Positions 59,243-64,000 of a stretch of 64,000 nucleotides of DNA are shown here, piece by piece (position 1 is the stretch's first letter; every line of letters begins with the position of its first letter). The notes under the pieces are model-generated. The model made no database searches and was not told where the DNA came from. It saw only the letters and a program-made list of their open reading frames with translations. The position numbers and the translations under genes are program-made. Source of the DNA: Microbacteriaceae bacterium (lineage in GTDB: Bacteria; Actinomycetota; Actinomycetes; Actinomycetales; Microbacteriaceae); contig JAHEGG010000001.1 of NCBI GenBank assembly GCA_024639845.1, positions 147,792 through 211,791 on the forward strand, given 5' to 3'.

Positions 59243-60022
59243 CTACCAGTCGAGGTCGACGACGACCGGAACGTGATCGCTCGGCCCCTCGCCCTTGCGC
59301 TCGTCGCGCACAATCTCGGCAGCCTTGACGTTTTCGGAGAAGGCATCCGAGCCCAGAATAAAGTCGATTCGCATGCCCTCGTTTCGCGGAAAACGAAGCT
59401 GTTGATAATCCCAGTAGGTATAACCAGTCGGAACCAGAGGGCGAACCACGTCAGTTAGACCGATTTGCTCGAACGCCTGAAAGGCTTGGCGCTCGGCCGG
59501 CGATACATGCGTTGCTCCGACGAATTCCGCCATGTCCCAAACGTCTGTGTCGAGCGGGGCGATGTTGAAATCTCCCATCAGAGCCAGCGGAGTCTCGGGT
59601 TCGTTGCTCACCCACTCTGCGCTCGCCGCAGCCAACCGGTCGAGCCACTCTAGTTTGTAGGCATAATGGGGGTCCTCTAGTGTGCGGCCATTCGGCACAT
59701 AGAGGCTCCATAGACGCACGCCGTCAAAAGTTGCACCTAACGCACGCGCTTCGGCAACATCCTTGAATTCGGGCATTTCAGCGAACCCGATTTCGACATC
59801 TTCGGCACGGATGCGGCTCGCAAAGGCCACCCCGTTCCACTGGTTCAAGCCGTGAAGCTCGAGTTGGTAGCCCGCGGCCTCAAAGGCCACGCGAGGAAAC
59901 TGCTCTGGCTTGCACTTGATCTCCTGCATAGCGAGCACGTCGACGTCGGCGCGCACCAGCCAATCGGTTACTCGCCCCACGCGGGTTCGTATCGAGTTGA
60001 CATTCCAGGTCGCGATTCGCAT
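59243..60022 (-). CDS. xth: Exodeoxyribonuclease III
   Basis: 259 aa: MRIATWNVNSIRTR...LAMQEIK...SDHVPVVVDL. Confidence 0.93.
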   Translation of the reverse strand: MRIATWNVNSIRTRVGRVTDWLVRADVDVLAMQEIKCKPEQFPRVAFEAAGYQLELHGLNQWNGVAFASRIRAEDVEIGFAEMPEFKDVAEARALGATFDGVRLWSLYVPNGRTLEDPHYAYKLEWLDRLAAASAEWVSNEPETPLALMGDFNIAPLDTDVWDMAEFVGATHVSPAERQAFQAFEQIGLTDVVRPLVPTGYTYWDYQQLRFPRNEGMRIDFILGSDAFSENVKAAEIVRDERKGEGPSDHVPVVVDLDW

Positions 60023-60113
60023 TGTTCAAGGCTAAACGAAACCGCCATAAATCGGAGTCGCCGTAGAAAATCTTCGGCTGGTTAACCTCATGAAAAAGAC
60101 TCCAAATAAAAGT

Positions 60114-60129
60114 TATTTGTATACAAATA
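60114..60129. promoter_or_regulatory. Perfect 16-bp AT-rich palindrome (putative operator) upstream of the surface-protein gene
   Basis: TATTTGTATACAAATA lies 83 nt upstream of the ATG at 60212, in the AT-rich 189-bp xth/surface-protein spacer. Confidence 0.45.
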
Positions 60130-60211
60130 GTCGGTAGACTTTTCCAAGTATGTTCGCATTGCCTCGCATGGCATCGCGACTCGTTTTGAAGAACGACCAA
60201 AGGGGTTTGTT

Positions 60212-63200
60212 ATGAAAAAGTCCGCCATTTTTAGCAAGGCATTTTATGGCGTTATCGTCGCAGCACTTGCTCTAACCACACTCACGGTCTCGCCAGCATC
60301 AGCGGCCGGCGTGACCTACGCAAGCGGCGACTCGCTGGTGGACCGGTCAGTCTCGATCAACCAGGACCTAACTGCTAACGGTGAATTCGAGCTGCCCGCT
60401 GGCGTGAACGGTTTCAGCGTGGACTCGAATTTTTGGTTCAGTTCGAATTTCTTTGCGACGAACGCCGGAAAGTCGATTTCCGTTTCGAAAAAGGTCTATG
60501 GCCCAGACAATCAACTGTTGGTTTCAAACAACAATTTGGACGTCAATGGAACGCCAAACCTGTACTTCTGCGAGCAGAACAACTCGAACTGCATAAACAC
60601 AAACACCCAGACTCCTCCGGCGACTTCGCTAGTCGCTAAGGCAGAACATGTGTCTGGAAACGCCAACCTTTATGTGAACGTGTGGACGATGACCAGCTCG
60701 CCTTCGCAGACGCCACCCCCATTAACTTCCGGAACCTATCGAATCGAGATTGCTGTCACGGTTGATGGCGTTGCGGTAGCTGTAGATGGCACTGACGTCA
60801 ATGCCCAATGGCAGAGTGTTCACTACTCGCTTGACGTGCCAAGCTACACCGCTGAAGCTGCGACAGATGGCCTGAACTTGAACATTGGAGCCTGTGTCGA
60901 TTCTTCGAAGGTTGTTGCCGGGGATGTTGTCACGCCCACCATGTATGTGAACGGCGTTGCTCAAAACTTGCAGGGTTGGAACATCAACGCAAACACCCGT
61001 GCCGATGTGTCCACCGGTAACCGAGGAATGGGCGGAAACCAAGCTACATCTTTCACCATCAATGGAACCGTTAACGGCAACACCTTTGATGACATCACTA
61101 ACGGCCTTGCCCTTCGGATGTATAAGTACCTCAGCCAGAGCGGAGGCGATTACGCCGCTGGTGACGTGCTCGATTGGCAAATAGCAATCGTTGATCAAGA
61201 CGGTGTCGATGTAACTGGAAGCTGTGTTCCTGGCACCCCAGGAAAGCCAACCCTCGCATACAACTCGATGCAAAACTCGTTGACAGCGACACTTGGTACA
61301 GCCGCTACTTTTGCAGATGGTCACGTCTGTAACTTCTTCAAGAGCACCGATCTAAACACCGTTCTAGGCACTGCCTATGCCTGGAGCTCAATGCCAGGAC
61401 AGCCCACAACCTGTTCGCTTAGCCGCCCCACGGCTGGAGTGAACTATGTCGTGAAGATCCAAGGAATGTGGTACGACTTCGTTGGCCAGTCCTCTCCAGC
61501 ATCCGATGCTGTGCTAGTACCAGCACCTGGCTATAACATCAGCACCCCTGTTAGTGGTGTCACGGATGTTGCAGGCAAGGTGTCTGTTGTCTCGAGCGAT
61601 GTGGCGAACATCACCGCTGCCAGCAACGTTAGAGTCGTTGCCGACGGTCTTGGAGGCACCTACAGGCTTTTCCAGCTTTCGGCGGCACAGTCGTGTCCTC
61701 CTAACTGTGGACCGCCAAGTTACAACTTCAAGCTTCGTCAAACGAACGCTAGCGGCTTCGTTTCAAGCTTTGCCGGATCCGGAGAAGTTGCTTTTACGCC
61801 AACCGGTTCGAGCGCATACAGCACCGCCGTCGGTTTCTACGGAACCGCAAAGGACCAGTGGACAATCCTTGCACCTACAACCGACACAGCTCTTTCAAAG
61901 GGCCAGTTGGAGATTGTCCAGGGAACGAACACTTCGGCATCAACGAGTTCGATCAAAGTCAACTTCACCGAACTTGATTCCACATGTGCCGAGCTAGGCG
62001 CAGGAATAACCGCCGGAAGCTCAGCCTCTGGAACGAACGTGAGCGCAACCCCTATCTCGGCCTCGACCGCTAAGCAGCTCATCTTGCTGACTTGCTTTAA
62101 GCCAGTGACTCTCAGCGACAATCAGACCGTGATTTATGCTCCTACCCCTGCTGTTGTAAGCCTTGATGGTGCGAACGCTCTGACACTAGTCAAGGCTCTC
62201 GGTGAGCAGAGCGCGAACGCCAACTCGACGCAGGTCAGTTATTCGGTAAATCCATCGGCTACCTCGGCTGACGCCGCAGTCACATTTTTTGTGACGAAGA
62301 GAAATGTCACGGCGAGAACGAATGGAATCGACTCGGGCACAGTTGCCGCTCGCGAAATTGTTCGACTCAAGGGCGACCTCACCTCGACTGTCGTTACTAG
62401 CGCGTGGGCTTCGAGCGGCACAACGATCTCGAATGAACCAACTTTGGTTGCCCCATCGGTTAACAACGGTGATTTCTTTGTGATTTTGAGAACTACCGGT
62501 ATGCCACTGCCGACGTTCAAGTTGGCAAAGGTGAGCGCTTCAGGTACTGCCGGCACACAGGTGGATTTCACAAATGATAAAGCGATCGATCTACCGATTG
62601 GCAACTTGATTTGGCCGATCGGTGTGCAGAGTGCATCTGCGAGCGCCCTGCAGGTCGCCGCTATTGCGAACCCGGTGATGCCAAGCGATCCTTATAAGAC
62701 TGCTGTTGTTTCAATCAAAACCGCCACAGGCGCAGGCACGACCGGTGAAATCGTCAGTTACACCCAGGTTGGACTTGCCGGCTTGAGTTCAATCTTCGTA
62801 ATCGAGCCTTCGACCAGCGATGTCAACTGGTGGTTCACCGACGCTGCTGCAGGCGCTGACAAGATGTCGATCTACAAGTGGCGCAACCACCTGTATGTGA
62901 AGCCATCGGGGCCGGTTCCAGCAGTATCCTCGAAGAACCTCGAGTATGCGACTAACACGCCGGCAGCTGGCACCAAGGTTACTTTCACCGGAACCAACCT
63001 GGACCTGGCCACCGCGGTCAAGTTTGGAACCGTTGCTGCCACCATCGGCACCAAGACCGCAACTTCGCTTGAGGTGACTGTTCCTGCCGGAACCGGAACC
63101 GTCGCAATCACTATCGAGTCGGCAAACGGAGACGGCTCTGGCGGAAACTTCACCTACGTTGGTGCAAGCAAGGTTGCTCAGGATGTCACTCTCGATGCTG

Positions 63201-64000
63201 GAGCTTCATCCGCCAAGGTTGGCGATGCAGATCGCACCTTGTCGGCAACGGTCTCGATGACTGGTTACACCGCAGTCGCGAGCCTGACCTACAGCTCGAC
63301 CACACCATCCGTGTGTTCGGTCACCGGAACCACCTTGAAGTTCTTGACCAAGGGAACCTGTTCGGTCAAAGCAACTCAAGCCGGTTCAACATGGGCTGCC
63401 GAAGGTTCTGACACAAAGTCGATCACCGTCACAGGAGCAACTCCGACGGTTTCGGCGCAGGTCTCTGGCAAAGCCAGCAACACTCCGGATGCTGGCACGA
63501 AAGTTACCATCACTGGCACAAACCTAGGTGAGGTTGACTCTGTCAAGTTCGGAACTGTTGTGGCCACCATTGGAACCAGAAGCGCAACGTCGCTTGAGGT
63601 GAGCGTTCCAGCCGGGTCGAAGGGCATCGTGAACATCACGCTGGCCTACTCGGGCGGAACAGTCACTGCTGGAACCTTCGAGTATGTTGGTGCAAGCAAG
63701 GTTGCTCAGACCGTAACTCTGAACTCCGGTGCTGCCACAGCGGCCGTTGGCGATGCAGATCGCACCTTGTCGGCAACGGTCTCGATGACTGGTTACACCG
63801 CAGTCGCGAGCCTGACCTACAGCTCGACCACACCATCCGTGTGTTCGGTCACCGGAACCACCTTGAAGTTCTTGACCAAGGGAACCTGTTCGGTCAAAGC
63901 AACTCAAGCCGGTTCAACATGGGCTGCCGAAGGCGTCGCTACTGCAAGCATCGCGGTTTCAGGCCCAGCTGACCAAGTAATCACCGTTCGCACCGTTCAG
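60212..64000 (+). CDS. Large secreted surface protein (>1263 aa, 3' end beyond the window) with C-terminal alternating IPT/TIG-like and Ig-like modules
   Basis: Absent from the track because no stop occurs before the window end. My manual translation is open from ATG 60212 to 64000. It has a signal peptide (MKKSAIFSKAFYGVIVAALALTTLTVSPASAAG) and an Asn/Ser/Thr-rich N-terminal ~880 aa with spaced Cys pairs. From about 62920 there are repeated modules (GTKVTFTGTNL..VKFGTV.ATIGT..ATSLEV.VPAG, and TLSATVSMTGYTAVASLTYSSTTPSVCSVTGTTLKFLTKGTCSVKATQAG). Confidence 0.85.
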   Translation, partial: MKKSAIFSKAFYGVIVAALALTTLTVSPASAAGVTYASGDSLVDRSVSINQDLTANGEFELPAGVNGFSVDSNFWFSSNFFATNAGKSISVSKKVYGPDNQLLVSNNNLDVNGTPNLYFCEQNNSNCINTNTQTPPATSLVAKAEHVSGNANLYVNVWTMTSSPSQTPPPLTSGTYRIEIAVTVDGVAVAVDGTDVNAQWQSVHYSLDVPSYTAEAATDGLNLNIGACVDSSKVVAGDVVTPTMYVNGVAQNLQGWNINANTRADVSTGNRGMGGNQATSFTINGTVNGNTFDDITNGLALRMYKYLSQSGGDYAAGDVLDWQIAIVDQDGVDVTGSCVPGTPGKPTLAYNSMQNSLTATLGTAATFADGHVCNFFKSTDLNTVLGTAYAWSSMPGQPTTCSLSRPTAGVNYVVKIQGMWYDFVGQSSPASDAVLVPAPGYNISTPVSGVTDVAGKVSVVSSDVANITAASNVRVVADGLGGTYRLFQLSAAQSCPPNCGPPSYNFKLRQTNASGFVSSFAGSGEVAFTPTGSSAYSTAVGFYGTAKDQWTILAPTTDTALSKGQLEIVQGTNTSASTSSIKVNFTELDSTCAELGAGITAGSSASGTNVSATPISASTAKQLILLTCFKPVTLSDNQTVIYAPTPAVVSLDGANALTLVKALGEQSANANSTQVSYSVNPSATSADAAVTFFVTKRNVTARTNGIDSGTVAAREIVRLKGDLTSTVVTSAWASSGTTISNEPTLVAPSVNNGDFFVILRTTGMPLPTFKLAKVSASGTAGTQVDFTNDKAIDLPIGNLIWPIGVQSASASALQVAAIANPVMPSDPYKTAVVSIKTATGAGTTGEIVSYTQVGLAGLSSIFVIEPSTSDVNWWFTDAAAGADKMSIYKWRNHLYVKPSGPVPAVSSKNLEYATNTPAAGTKVTFTGTNLDLATAVKFGTVAATIGTKTATSLEVTVPAGTGTVAITIESANGDGSGGNFTYVGASKVAQDVTLDAGASSAKVGDADRTLSATVSMTGYTAVASLTYSSTTPSVCSVTGTTLKFLTKGTCSVKATQAGSTWAAEGSDTKSITVTGATPTVSAQVSGKASNTPDAGTKVTITGTNLGEVDSVKFGTVVATIGTRSATSLEVSVPAGSKGIVNITLAYSGGTVTAGTFEYVGASKVAQTVTLNSGAATAAVGDADRTLSATVSMTGYTAVASLTYSSTTPSVCSVTGTTLKFLTKGTCSVKATQAGSTWAAEGVATASIAVSGPADQVITVRTVQ
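63218..63405 (+). repeat. 188-bp direct repeat, copy 1 (Ig-like module coding sequence)
   Basis: Base-for-base identical to 63746-63933, at an offset of 528 bp (176 codons). Confidence 0.95.
63746..63933 (+). repeat. 188-bp direct repeat, copy 2
   Basis: Identical to 63218-63405. The flanking IPT/TIG-like coding segments are clearly diverged. Confidence 0.95.

Noticed and set aside
60433-63907. About ten ORFs of 60-200 aa on both strands between 60.4 and 63.9 kb, including 62872..63153 (-) and 63376..63639 (-), which look related to each other.
   Set aside because: All are alternative-frame or antisense shadows of the single long + strand surface-protein ORF. Their similarity to each other simply mirrors the tandem modules of that gene.

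Overview
This window is the chromosomal replication-origin neighbourhood of a medium-GC actinobacterium. The gene order looks like Microbacteriaceae, but that placement is inference only. The block gyrA(partial)-gyrB-DUF721/DciA-recF-gnd-dnaN-dnaA reads leftward. The block rpmH-rnpA-yidD-yidC-jag-rsmG-parA-parB reads rightward. The two blocks diverge from DnaA-box-rich spacers at about 7.8-8.2 kb and 9.7-10.1 kb. Downstream lie mostly housekeeping genes: nhaA, ddl, an aminotransferase, trxBA, murJ, a Nudix hydrolase, cca, rpsF-ssb-rpsR-rplI, dnaB, purB, a 2-oxoacid dehydrogenase E1a/E1b/E2 set, znuACB-zur, the Cys-less rpmB-rpmG-rpsN cluster, hup, a CopD/CtaG fusion, a PIF1-like helicase, an esterase, MMPL, dcd, an MFS transporter, dnaK-grpE-dnaJ-hspR, alkD-like and xth. 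The window ends inside a secreted surface protein of more than 1260 aa. I saw no rRNA, tRNA, CRISPR array, transposase, integrase or recognisable defence system. Most other long ORFs in the track are antisense shadows of real genes. Many longest-ORF starts also over-extend, and I re-called those starts where the sequence allowed. The features most worth a second look are: (1) a small WXG-like ORF translationally coupled to a GYSQG-motif serine hydrolase; (2) a DnaA-box cluster immediately upstream of dnaB; (3) three parS sites, two of which overlap start codons; (4) an 85-codon ORF that is one nucleotide out of frame with parA; (5) ribosomal protein S6 with an Ala/Lys/Pro-rich tail; (6) tandem paralogous membrane ORFs in an AT-richer patch; (7) the surface protein, which carries a 188-bp 100%-identical internal repeat and a perfect 16-bp palindrome in its promoter region. 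None of these is a clearly novel system on sequence alone.
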